This document shows positions 38,340-51,600 of a stretch of 64,000 nt of DNA, one piece after another. Each line of letters begins with the position of its first letter. The stretch's first letter is position 1. Under the pieces are notes generated by a model. The model ran no database searches. It was not told the origin of the DNA and was given only the letters and a program-made list of their open reading frames with translations. Source of the stretch: Eledone cirrhosa (lineage: Eukaryota); NCBI GenBank assembly GCA_964016885.1, contig OZ024745.1, forward strand, positions 27,466,001 through 27,530,000, written 5' to 3'. A program made the position numbers and the translations under genes.

Positions 38340-38654
38340 CTCCCCACTCGTTATATTAACTGTATATCCTCGGTGTTTCATGAAAGTCTGAGAGATCAGC
38401 TATATATTTGTAGATACAATCTATTTAGGTTTAACTTAAACATTCAAAGATATTTGTATATACTTTTGTTGATGTTTGACATTGTTTTTTAGTTATGAAA
38501 TAGCTTATAAGCTACATTATAGGATCACAGTGCATGAGCACACTGCTCTTTAAATTAACTTTATCTCCTCAGCACTTTGTAAAGTCTGAGAGATAGGCAA
38601 CATATTTGTTTTACATTCTTTGTTTTTGGTATTTAGATGGCAGAGGAGAAGATA

Positions 38655-38830
38655 AAGACACAGAAGAAGTCAAAGGCACAGAAGAAGTCAAAGGCACAGA
38701 AGAAATCAAAGGCACAGAAGAAATCAAGGGCACAGAAGAAATCAAAGGCACAGAAGAAATCAAAGGCACAGAAGAAATCAAAGGCACAGAAGAAATCAAA
38801 GGCACAGAAGAAGTCAAAGGCACAGAAGAA
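38655..38830 (+). repeat. 18-bp minisatellite AAAGGCACAGAAGAA(G/A)TC, ~10 copies
   Basis: About 8 copies at 50765-50905. Confidence 0.9.
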
Positions 38831-39249
38831 GACAAAGAAAATGAACAAGAAGAACAATTATTATTACTATTATTATTGTTATTATTATTTGTATTATTAT
38901 AATCAAACTAAGCCACACTACATCAACCTATACCATACCACACCACACTGACAAACATTATACCATACCACATTATCCAACACCACACTATGAAACACTG
39001 TACGACCTCACATCAGACCATGCTATGAAACAATATACCATACTACATTATACAACAACAGACAGCACCACACAAGACTATGAAACACTATACTTTACCA
39101 CACTATATCACACCACTCAAGTTAGAGAGGATCAACTTTTTTCCTGGAAAATAGAAAACCTAACTTTAAGCTAAAAACGAACTTTAAAAATAACACTTAC
39201 CCTAACACTTGCACTCACACATGCTCTAACAGTGAACTTAGCGCTAACA

Positions 39250-41250
39250 TGAAAACTAACACAAACACAAAATCTGAAAACTCACATTAAATAGAAAATG
39301 AACACAAACACTAACCTGAACACTAACACTAAAACTGACACTAACACTAACCTAAAACTAACACTACTGTAAACACTAACACTAACCTGAACACTTACAC
39401 TAAAACTAGCACTAAAACTAACACTACCATAAACACTAACACTGACCTGAGCACTAACACTAAAACTAACTCTAACACAAACACTAATCTGAAAACTGAT
39501 ACTAACCAGAAAACTAAGCTAACATTAACTTCAACACTAAAACAAACACTAACGCTAACAGAGATACTAACACAAATATTAACACAAAAACAAACACTAA
39601 CACAATCTCTAACTCTAACCTTAACACTAACACTAAAACTAACATTAACTTGAACACTAACTCTAACCTGAAAACTAAGCTAACATTAACCTGAACACTA
39701 ACATAAACACTAATGCTAACACTAACAGAAATACTAATGCTAACATTAACGCTAACCTTAACACAAAAACAAAGATTAACGCTAACACAATCACTAACAC
39801 TAATGGAAACATCAAACACTAATGCTAACACAAAAACAAATACTAATACTAACACAATCTCTAACACTAACCTTAACACTAAAACTAACATTAACTTTAA
39901 CACTAACCTGAACACTTACACTACAACTAACACTAACAGAAATACTAACACAAATATTAACACAAAAACAAACACTAACACAATCTCTAACACTAAAACT
40001 AACATTAACTTGAACACTAACACTAACCTGAAAACTAAGCTAACATTAACTAACACAAACACTCATGCTAACACTAACAGAAATACTAATGCTAACATTA
40101 ACGCTAACCTTAACACAAAAACAAAGACTAACGCAAACACAATCACTAACAGTAATGGAAACATCAAACACTAATGCTAACAGAGATACTAACACAAACA
40201 TTAACACAAAAACAAATACTAACACTAACACAAACATTAACACAAAAACAAATACTAACACTAACACAATCTCTAACACTAACCTTAACACTAAAACTAA
40301 CATTAACTTGAACACTAACACTAACCTGAACACTTACACTAAAACTAACACTAACCTGAACACTTACACTAAAACTAACACTAACAGAGATACTAACACA
40401 AATATTAACACAAAAACAAACACTAACACAATCTCTAACACTAAAACTAACATTAACTTGAACACTAACACTAACCTGAAAACTAAGCTAACATTAACCT
40501 GAACACTAACACAAACACTCATGCTAACACTAACAGAAATACTAATGCTAACATTAACACAAAAACAAAGACTAACGCTAACACAATCACTAACACTAAT
40601 GGAAACATCAGTCACTAATGCTAACAGAGATACTAACACAAATATTAACACAAAAACAAACACTAACACAATCTCTAACACTAACCTTAACACTAACATT
40701 AACACTTACACTAAAACTAACGCTACCATAAACAGTAACACAAACACTAACACTGATCTGAGCACTAACAGTAACACTAACACTACCATAAAAACTAACA
40801 CTAAAAAAAACACTAACACTAACCTGAACACTAACACTAAAACTAACACGAAAACTGATACTAACCAGAAAACTAAGCTAACATTAACCTCAACACTAAA
40901 ACCAACACTAACATTAACAGAAAAACAAAGACTAGCACTAACACTAATGGAAACACTAACACAAACATTAACACAAAATAAAACACTAACACTAATGGAA
41001 AAAATAACACTAACACTAAAACGAACACTAACACTAAAACTGACATTAACACGAACATTAACCTGAACACTATCACTAAAGCTAACACTACCATAAACCA
41101 CTAACCTGAGCACTAACACTAAAAGTAACACGAGCCCTAACCTGAAAACTAACACTAACCAGAAAACTAAGTCAACATTAACCTGAACTCTAACGCAAAC
41201 AAAAATGCTAACACTAATACAAAATCAAACACTAACACGAACACTACTGG
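39250..41250. repeat. ACTAAC-based hexamer array with 325-490 bp higher-order units
   Basis: ATGCTAACACTAACAGAAATAC recurs at 39713, 40065, 40521 and 52022, 52508, 52874, 53199. Confidence 0.88.
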
Positions 41251-43100
41251 AAACACTAACGCCAATGCTGACACTGAAGAAGATGGCTATGCTGGCACAA
41301 ATGCTAGAGCAAATGTTGACACAATCGCTTATGCTGACACAAACACTCACGTGAATACTGATGCAGGTGCAAAGGCGAATCCTGACAAAGATTCTGACGC
41401 ACACGCTGATGTAAATGCTACACAGACTCTAACGCTGATGTGGACACTGACACAGATGCTCATGCTGATATAAAAAAAGCAAATGCAGACATTAATGCAA
41501 ACACAGACGCAAATGTTGATGCAGATGTTAAAGCAAACGCAAATGCTGACGCAAACGATGACAGCGATGCTAATGTGAACCTTAACGCAGACGTAAACAT
41601 TGACGTAGAAGCTAAAGGAAACACTAATGCAAACACTAATGAAAATGCTGACGCAGACGCTGACACACGTTAACACAGATGCTAACGTAAACACTGATAC
41701 AGATGCTAACACACGTTGACACAGACGCTAACGGAAACGATGACGCAGACGCTAACGTAAACGATGATGTAGAAGCTAACGTAAGCGCTGACACAGATGC
41801 AAATGTAGATGTAAATACAGACACTGACACAGACGCTGACGTAGAAGCTAACACAAACGCTGACACAGACACTAATGTAAGCGCTGACGTAGAAGCTAAT
41901 GTAGATGCTGACGTAGAAGCTAACGTAAATGATGACGTAGATGTTAATGTAGACGCTGACGTAGAAGCTAACGTAGATGCTGATGTAGAAGCTAACGTAA
42001 ACGCTGACGTAGAAGCTAACAAAACTCTGACGTAGTTGTTACGTAGAAGCAGGCGTAGAAGTTAGCGTTTACCCTTACCGCCGAAGCTGATCTCCAAAAC
42101 GCAATTGCTGATGCGGATTGCTGAAGCCAAAGCCAAGCTAACGCTGACGCAAATGTTGAGGCAGTATTGCCGGGCGCTGACGTGTATGCTGACGCTAATG
42201 CAAATGCTGATGCGGACGCTAGGGCTAAGGCTAATGCTTACGCTAGGGCTAAGGCTAACGCTGACGCAAATGCTGAAGTTAACGCTTACATGGGATATGC
42301 AGACGCTGCAATGATGCGGACGCCACAGGAAAGGTTAATGGAAACGCCAATGCTAACGGAAAACGCTGACGCAGACGTTACGGAAACGCTGACGTAGAAG
42401 CTAACGTAAATGCTGACACAGACTCTAACGTAAACGCTGACACAGATGCTAACGTAAACACTGACGTTAACTGAAACGCTGACGCTGATGTAGATGTAAA
42501 TACTGATGCTGACACAGACGCGGTCGGAAACGCTGACGTAGAAGCTAACGGAAACACTGACAGAGATGCTAACGGAAACGCTGACATAGAAGTTACGTAC
42601 ACACAGACACAGACACTAACGGAAATGCTGACAAAGACGTTAAAGGAAACGCTGTCGCAAACGCTAATGCTAATGTGAATGCTGATGCAGATGCTGACGC
42701 AAATGCTAACCACTACACAAATGCAAACACTGACTCAAACACTAATGCAAATGCTGACGTTCACGCTGATGAAACCGCTGACACTGACAGAAGTGCTGAC
42801 GCGGACGCTAATGATAATGCTGACTCAGAAGCTGACGTAGACGCAGGCACTGAAACAAACACTAATGTTGACTCAGACGCTAAGGGAAATGCTGATACAA
42901 TCACTATCTATCACCAGTGCAGACGCTGACGCAAATGCTGACACTTACGCAAACACTAACGCAGATGCTAACACCAGTCTACATAGACACTAACACAAAA
43001 GCTTACATAGACGCTTATGCAAATGCTAACGCTGATGCAGACAGTAACGCAAACAGTAACTGTAAGAGTTACAGTAACGCTAACAGTGACAGTAATGCTA
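41250..43100. repeat. GCTGAC/GCTAAC-based CpG-rich hexamer array (copy 1 only)
   Basis: Includes a 24-bp unit GCTGACGTAGAAGCTAACGTA(A/G)A(C/T) at ~41880-42020. Confidence 0.85.
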
Positions 43101-43549
43101 ACAGTAACACAATCACTAACAATAAACTTACCATTAACAGTAAAACTTACCGTAACACTAACCCTAAATCTAACATTAATCCAGAGAAAAAAGTCATCTT
43201 AAGATATAGAAGATAGGCATTACATTTTAATGATTTTAATTTAAAGAGAAGCACGCTATACGATGCAACACAATAACACACCCCACCACACCACACTAAC
43301 CTACACTACACCAAACCAGATTATACCATACCTTGGTAAATTTATGATAGGTTTCCATGTTATAACTACACCAAACCAAACCACACCATAACAAACTACA
43401 CCATACTACATCACACCATGCTATTGAACTCAGTGTGAAAAATTTTCTTCCTGCTTTTTTTGTGTTTGTGCTTACCACCCAATCTGACATTAAAAGTGTT
43501 CGCAATTAACTATTTTTTGCACATATTATCAATGAAGACTTTGAAACCC

Positions 43550-46500
43550 GTTGAAAATGACTAGCTTTGTAGAAAAAAGAGGGAGGATGTGGGTGGAAAT
43601 ACCATTTACAAAGCTAGTCATTTTTGATTGCAGCGGAAGTCATATTTTTTGTTAATATGCTAAAACCATAGTACACTGCAAGCATCTTGGAAGTTGTATT
43701 AGTTGATAGCACATGCAAAAGTGAAGGAAACATTTTTTTCTTACATAAATCAAAGTGGAAATTTAATTCCTTACTTATAACAAAGCACACCACACCACAC
43801 CACATTAATCTACCCCAAACCACACCATATCAAACAGCACCATATTATGGTAAATTTATTACAGAACACCTACTCTTATCATTTACATCACACCATGGTA
43901 TGGATATCAATGTGACAAATTTGCTACCTGCTATTTTTTTTTGTGGTTACCACCCAAACTAACATCAAAGGTGCTTGCAAATGACTATTTTCCCACCTTA
44001 TCAATGAATATGACATGGGAATCTATCGTTTAGAATTGGTTTCCATTTCATAACTTAACCAAACCACACCACACCACACCATACTACATCACACCAAGCT
44101 ATTGATCATGGTGTGAACATTTTTTTCCCATTTCCTTTTTTTTTTCTGTGTGCTTACCACCCAATCTGACATGAAAGGTGCTCCCAATTTACTTTTTTTT
44201 TCACATATCAATAATAATGACATGGAAACCTGTCGAAAATGACTATCTATGTAGAAACTTCACCAAACCACACCATACTACATCACACCAAGATATTGAT
44301 TTTGGTGTGACAAATTTTCATCTGGCATTTTTTTTTTTTTTTTTTTTTTGTGCTTACGACGCAATTTGACAAAAGGTGCTCGCAAATTACTATTTTATGC
44401 ACATATTATCAATGGTTATGACATGGAAACCTGATGAAAATGACTAGCTTTGTAGAAAAAAGAGGGAGGATGTGGGTGGAAATACCATTTACAAAGCTAG
44501 TCATTTTTTATTGCAGCGGAAGTCATATTTTTTGTTAATATGCTAAAACCATAGTACACTGCAAGCATCTTGGAAGTTGTATTAGTTGATAGCACATGCA
44601 AAAGTGAAGGAAAAATTTTTTTCTTACATAAATCAAAGTGGAAATTTAATTCCTTACTTATAACAAAGCACACCACACCACACCACATTAATCTACCCCA
44701 AACCACACCATATCAAACAGCACCATATTATGGTAAATTTATTACAGAACACCTCTTATCATTTACATCACACCATGGTATGGATATCAATGTGACAAAT
44801 TTGCTACCTGCTATTTTTTTTTTTGTGGTTACCACCCAAACTAACATCAAAGGTGCTTGCAAATGACTATTTTCCCACATTATCAATGAATATGACATGG
44901 GAATCTATCGTTTAGAATTGGTTTCCATTTCATAACTTCACCAAACCAAACCAAACCACACCACACCACACCATACTACATCACACCAAGCTATTGATCA
45001 TGGTGTGAACATTTTTTTCCCATTTCCTTTTTTTTTTCTGTGTGCTTACCACCCAATCTGACATGAAAGGTGCTCCCAATTTACTTTTTTTTTCACATAT
45101 CAATAATAATGACATGGAAACCTGTCGAAAATGACTATCTATGTAGAAACTTCACCAAACCACACCATACTACATCACACCAAGATATTGATTTTGGTGT
45201 GACAAATTTTCATCTGGCATTTTTTTTTTTTTTTTTTTTTTGTGCTTACGACGCAATTTGACAAAAGGTGCTCGCAAATTACTATTTTATGCACATATTA
45301 TCAATGGTTATGACATGGAAACCTGATGAAAATGACTAGCTTTGTAGAAAAAAGAGGGAGGATGTGGGTGGAAATACCATTTACAAAGCTAGTCATTTTT
45401 GATTGCAGCGGAAGTCATATTTTTTGTTAATATGCTAAAACCATAGTACACTGCAAGCATCTTGGAAGTTGTATTAGTTGATAGCACATGCAAAAGTGAA
45501 GGAAAAATTTTTTTCTTACATAAATCAAAGTGGAAATTTAATTCCTTACTTATAACAAAGCACACCACACCACACCACATTAATCTACCCCAAACCACAC
45601 CATATCAAACAGCACCATATTATGGTAAATTTATTACAGAACACCTCTTATCATTTACATCACACCATGGTATGGATATCAATGTGACAAATTTGCTACC
45701 TGCTATTTTTTTTTTTGTGGTTACCACCCAAACTAACATCAAAGGTGCTTGCAAATGACTATTTTCCCACATTATCAATGAATATGACATGGGAATCTAT
45801 CGTTTAGAATTGGTTTCCATTTCATAACTTCACCAAACCAAACCAAACCACACCACACCACACCATACTACATCACACCAAGCTATTGATCATGGTGTGA
45901 ACATTTTTTTCCCATTTCCTTTTTTTTTTCTGTGTGCTTACCACCCAATCTGACATGAAAGGTGCTCCCAATTTACTTTTTTTTTCACATACCAATAATA
46001 ATGACATGGAAACCTGTCGAAAATGACTATCTATGTAGAAACTTCACCAAACCACACCATACTACATCACACCAAGATATTGATTTTGGTGTGACAAATT
46101 TTCATCTGGCATTTTTTTTTTTTTTTTTTTTTTGTGCTTACGACGCAATTTGACAAAAGGTGCTCGCAAATTACTATTTTATGCACATATTATCAATGGT
46201 TATGACATGGAAACCTGATGAAAATGACTAGCTTTGTAGAAAAAAGAGGGAGGATGTGGGTGGAAATACCATTTACAAAGCTAGTCATTTTTGATTGCAG
46301 CGGAAGTCATATTTTTTGTTAATATGCTAAAACCATAGTACACTGCAAGCATCTTGGAAGTTGTATTAGTTGATAGCACATGCAAAAGTGAAGGAAAAAT
46401 TTTTTTCTTACATAAATCAAAGTGGAAATTTAATTCCTTACTTATAACAAAGCACACCACACCACACCACATTAATCTACCCCAAACCACACCATATCAA

Positions 46501-46998
46501 ACAGCACCATATTATGGTAAATTTATTACAGAACACCTCTTATCATTTACATCACACCATGGTATGGATATCAATGTGACAAATTTGCTACCTGCTATTT
46601 TTTTTTTTGTGGTTACCACCCAAACTAACATCAAAGGTGCTTGCAAATGACTATTTTCCCACATTATCAATGAATATGACATGGGAATCTATCGTTTAGA
46701 ATTGGTTTCCATTTCATAACTTCACCAAACCAAACCACACCACACCACACCACACCATACATCACACCAAGCTATTGATCATGGTGTGAACATTTTTTTC
46801 CCATTTCCTTTTTTTTTTCTGTGTGCTTACCACCCAATCTGACATGAAAGGTGCTCCCAATTTACTTTTTTTTTCACATATCAATAATAATAACATGGAA
46901 ACCTGTCGAAAATGACTATCTTTGTAGAAACTTCATCAAACCACACCATACTACATCACACCAAGATATTGATTTTGGTATGACAAATTTTCATCTGG

Positions 46999-47031
<33 letters not shown>

Positions 47032-48600
47032 TGCTTACGACCCAATTTGACAAAAGGTGCTCGCAAATTACTATTTTATGCACATATTATCAATGGTTAT
47101 GACATGGAAACCTGATGAAAATGACTAGCTTTGTAGAAAAAAGAGGGAGGATGTGGGTGGAAATACCATTTACAAAGCTAGTCATTTTTTATTGCAGCAG
47201 AAGTCATATTTTTTGTTAATATGCTAAAACCATAGTACACTGCAAGCATCTTGGAAGTTGTATTAGTTGATAGCACATGCAAAAGTGAAGGAAACATTTT
47301 TTTCTTACATATATCAAAGTGGAAATTTAATTCCTTACTTATAACAAAGCACACCACACCACACCACATTAATCTACCCCAAACCACACCATATCAAACA
47401 GCACCATATTATGGTAAATTTATTACAGAACACCTACTCTTATCATTTACATCACACCATGGTATGGATATCAATGTGACAAATTTGCTACCTGCTATTT
47501 TTTTTTTGTGGTTACCACCCAAACTAACATCAAAGGTGCTTGCAAATGACTATTTTCCCACCTTATCAATGAATATGACATGGGAATCTATCGTTTAGAA
47601 TTGGTTTCCATTTCATAACTTAACCAAACCACACCACACCACACCATACTACATCATACCAAGCTATTGATCATGGGTGTGAACATTTTTTTCCCATTTC
47701 CTTTTTTTTTTTCTGTGTGCTTACCACCCAATCTGACATTAAAGGTGCTCCAATTTACTTTTTTTTTCACATATCAATAATAATGACATGGAAACCTGTC
47801 GAAAATGACTATCTTTGTAGAAACTTCACCAAACCACACCATACTACATCACACCAAGATATTGATTTTGGTGTGACAAATTTTCATCTGGCATTTTTTC
47901 TTTTTTTCTTGTGCTTACCACCGAATTTGACATAAAAGGTGCTCGCAAATTACTATTTTATGCACATATTATCAATGGTCATGACATGGAAACCTGATGA
48001 AAATGACTAGCTTTGTAGAAAAAAGAGGGAGGATGTGGGTGGAAATACCATTTACAAAGCTAGCCATTTTTTATTGCAGCGGAAGTCATATTTTTTGTTA
48101 ATATGCTAAAACCATAGTACACTGCGAGCTTCTTGGAAGTTGATAGCACATGCAAAAATGAAGGAAAAATTTTTTTTCTAACATCAAAGTGGAAATCTAA
48201 ATCCTCACCTATAACAAAGCACACCACACCACATTAATCTACCCCAATCCACACCATATTAAACAGCACCATATTATGGTAAATTTATTACAGAACACCT
48301 ACTCTTATCATTTACATCACACCATGGTACGGACATCAATGTGACAAATTTGCTACCTGCTTTTTTTTTTTTTTTGTGGTTACCACCTCAAACTAACATC
48401 AAAGGTGCTTGCAAATGACTATTTTCCCACACATTATCAATGAATATGACATGGGAATCTATCGTTTACAATTGGTTTCCATTTCATAACTTCACCAAAC
48501 CAAACCACACCATACCAAGTTACACCATACTACATCGCACCAAGCTATTGATCTTGGTGTGAAACATTTTCTTCCCGTTTCTTTTTTTTTTTTCGTGTGA
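43550..48600. repeat. ~890-bp tandem satellite, ~5.7 copies
   Basis: Equivalent positions 43614, 44497, 45389, 46281, 47178, ~48058. Confidence 0.95.
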
Positions 48601-48616
48601 CAAAATCTGACATTAA

Positions 48617-51600
48617 CATAACACCCAAAATATTTTCCTCATCTTTTTTTCATGTGTTATCAACTTATCCGAACTCCAAGATGTTTGTTATTGACTCTCT
48701 CATCATGGAAAACTTAGGTCGATGCACTTCTCTCATTTAACCCCAGAGTTTTCTCATGTTATCAACGAATATGACCTCCAAACCAGTTGGAAATGATTAG
48801 TTGTTCTATGAAAAAGGAGGTGTAAAGTAGGTGGAAAAACCATTGTCGTTTTGTAGATATATACCCTAATGATTTTTCTTCGGTCTCCTTTTGAGTGCTA
48901 TCAACTAATCTGACCTTTTAGTTGATCTGAATCAATTTTTTTTTTCTAGGATTTGTAAACTAAATTAAACATAAAATTAAATCTAGCCCCAGCCCTAAAC
49001 TCTAAATCTAAACCAAACCAAGCTAAATCTAAATATAAACATTACCCCAACCCCTAAAATTTACCCAAACCCTAAAACTAGACCCTAAACATTACCCCAA
49101 CCCTAAAACTAAACCCTAAACTTTACCCCAACCCTAAAGCTAAACCCTAAACTTTACCCCAAACCTAAAATAAACCCTAAACTTTACCCCAACCCTAAAA
49201 CTAGACCCTAAACATTACCCCAACCCTAAACCTAACCCATGGAAATAAGTTGATTGGAAGCATCTAGGAGGTCAGATTAATTAATAGCACACAAAATAGC
49301 ATAGGAAATAGCACAGGAAATATACCGAAAATGATTAAGTCCCACAACATGTGAGTGGGGTGTAGATCTGCAAAACTCTTTCCCTCTCCTCTTTCTCCAA
49401 AGCTAGTTGTTTTCGACTCGTTTGGAAGTCATATTCACTGATAACGCATGAAAATAGAATCAAAGAGAAAATTCCGAGTAAGCAGGGGTTATCCGGGTGA
49501 AGGGGGAACCACCTCATCCCGCCGTTTTCCTGGGTGGAAAAAGTCAGTTTCAAGCATCTTGGAGATTGGATTAGTTGATAGCACATGAAAAATAGGATGA
49601 AAAAATTTCACATCACATCACATCACGTCTCGTCTCGTCTCATTTCACCACGCCATGCCACATTTCATCACATCACATCACATTTCACCATGCCACACCA
49701 CATCACATTTCACCACGCCACATCACATCACATGCCATCACACCACATGCTACCACACTACATCCCACCACACTCCACTACACCATATCCCCCACCCTAC
49801 ATTGAACCACACCACTGTCCACTACACTAAACCACACTCCACGACACGACACCACACCACACTACACCACACCACTGTCTATTCGACTGTTTTCTATTTC
49901 GTAGGTATGTCCAGTTACAGTAAGAGAAAGAAAGTTATTTCAAAGGATCTGAGTAAGTAAACACTTCATTGACCATCATTTTAAGCAGAATCTCGGTGTA
50001 GTTTTAAATTGACCTTTTCATATGATTACACCTCAGTCTTAACTTAATCACCTGGAGATGGATGCTACATGTAATGTTAAAATTAGTTAAACACTGTTTC
50101 CCCCTTCTCATCACATGTGGATGCTAGATGTGTATTGTTAACATTAATCTAACGTTGTCCCCCCCCCCCCCGCCTCACCATATCATACCACACCACATCA
50201 CACCATGTTGTACCACACCAGACAACATAACACCATGCTATACCATATATATATGAGCTCCCCACTCGTTATATTAACTGTATCTCCTCGGTGTTTCGTG
50301 AAAGTCTGAGAGATCAGCTATATATTTGTTTACAATTTTTTTTTATATTTAGATGGAAAAGAAGAAAAAGACGACGAAGCAGACGACTAAAATGAAAATG
50401 ACAACAAAGACAAAGAAGACACGGGAAACGAAGATGACGAAAAGAAGAAAGTATGATCTCAGTTCAGTCTAAACCTAATGATTTATAGATATGATCTTAG
50501 TTCAGCCTTAACCTAATGACCTGTAGATACGATCTATTTAGGTTTAACTTAAACATTCAAAGATATTTGTATATACTTTTGTTAATGTTTGACATTGTTT
50601 TTTAGTTATGAAATAGCTTATAAGCTACATTATAGGATCACAATGCATGAGCACACTGCTCTTTAAATTAACTTTATCTCCTCAGCACTTTGTAAAGTCT
50701 GGGAGATAAGCAACATATGTTTTACATTCTTTGTTTTTGGTATTTAGATGGCAGAGGAGAAGATAAAGACACAGAAGAAGTCAAAGGCACAGAAGAAGTC
50801 AAAAGCACAGAAGAAGTCAAAAGCACAGAAGAAGTCAAAGGCACAGAAGAAGTCAAAAGCACAGAAGAAGTCAAAAGCACAGAAGCAGTCAAAAGCACAG
50901 AAGAAAACAAAGAAAATGAACAAGAAGAACAATTATTATTACTATTATTATTGTTATTATTATTTGTATTATTATAATCAAACTAAGCCACACTACATCA
51001 ACCTATACCATACCACACCACACTGACAAACATTATACCATACCACATTATCCAACACCACACTACGAAACACTGTACGACCTCACATCAGACCATGCTA
51101 TGAAACAATATACCATACTACACTATACAACAATAGACAACACCACACAAGACTATGAAACACTATACTTTACCACACTATATCACACCACTCAAGTTAG
51201 AGAGGATCAACTTTTTTCCTGGAAAGTAGAAAACCTAACTTTAAGCTAAAACCAAACTTTAAAAATAACACTTACCCTAACACTTGCACTCACACATGCT
51301 CTAACAGTGAACTTAGCGCTAACATGAAAACTAACACAAACACAAAATCTGAAAACTCACATTAAATAGAAAACTAACACAAACACTAACCTGAACACTA
51401 ACACTAAAACTGACACTAACACTAACCTGAACACCAACACCAAAACTAACACTACTGTAAACACTAACACTAACCTGAACACTAGCACTAAAACTAACAC
51501 TACCATAAACACTAACACTGACCTGAGCACTAACACTAACACTAACACAAAAGTAACACTAGCACAAACACTAATCTGAAAACTGATACTAACCAGAAAA

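Larger units (their letters stand above)
36393..48616 (+). repeat. Segmental tandem duplication, copy 1 (~12.2 kb)
   Basis: CATAACACCCAAAAT... restarts at 48617; same module order in both copies. Confidence 0.88.

Noticed and set aside
39514-43216. Thr/Asn-, Leu/Val- and Asp/Ala-rich proteins (also 51357-53459)
   Set aside because: Hexamer repeats are open in several frames on both strands, with frequent frameshifts; not called CDS
44431-44460. CTGATGA...GAAA in the 890-bp unit as a hammerhead
   Set aside because: Stems I-III cannot be formed
43614-47935. Repeated 63-115 aa ORFs
   Set aside because: Follow the 890-bp satellite; ends vary with poly-T length; no recognisable domain
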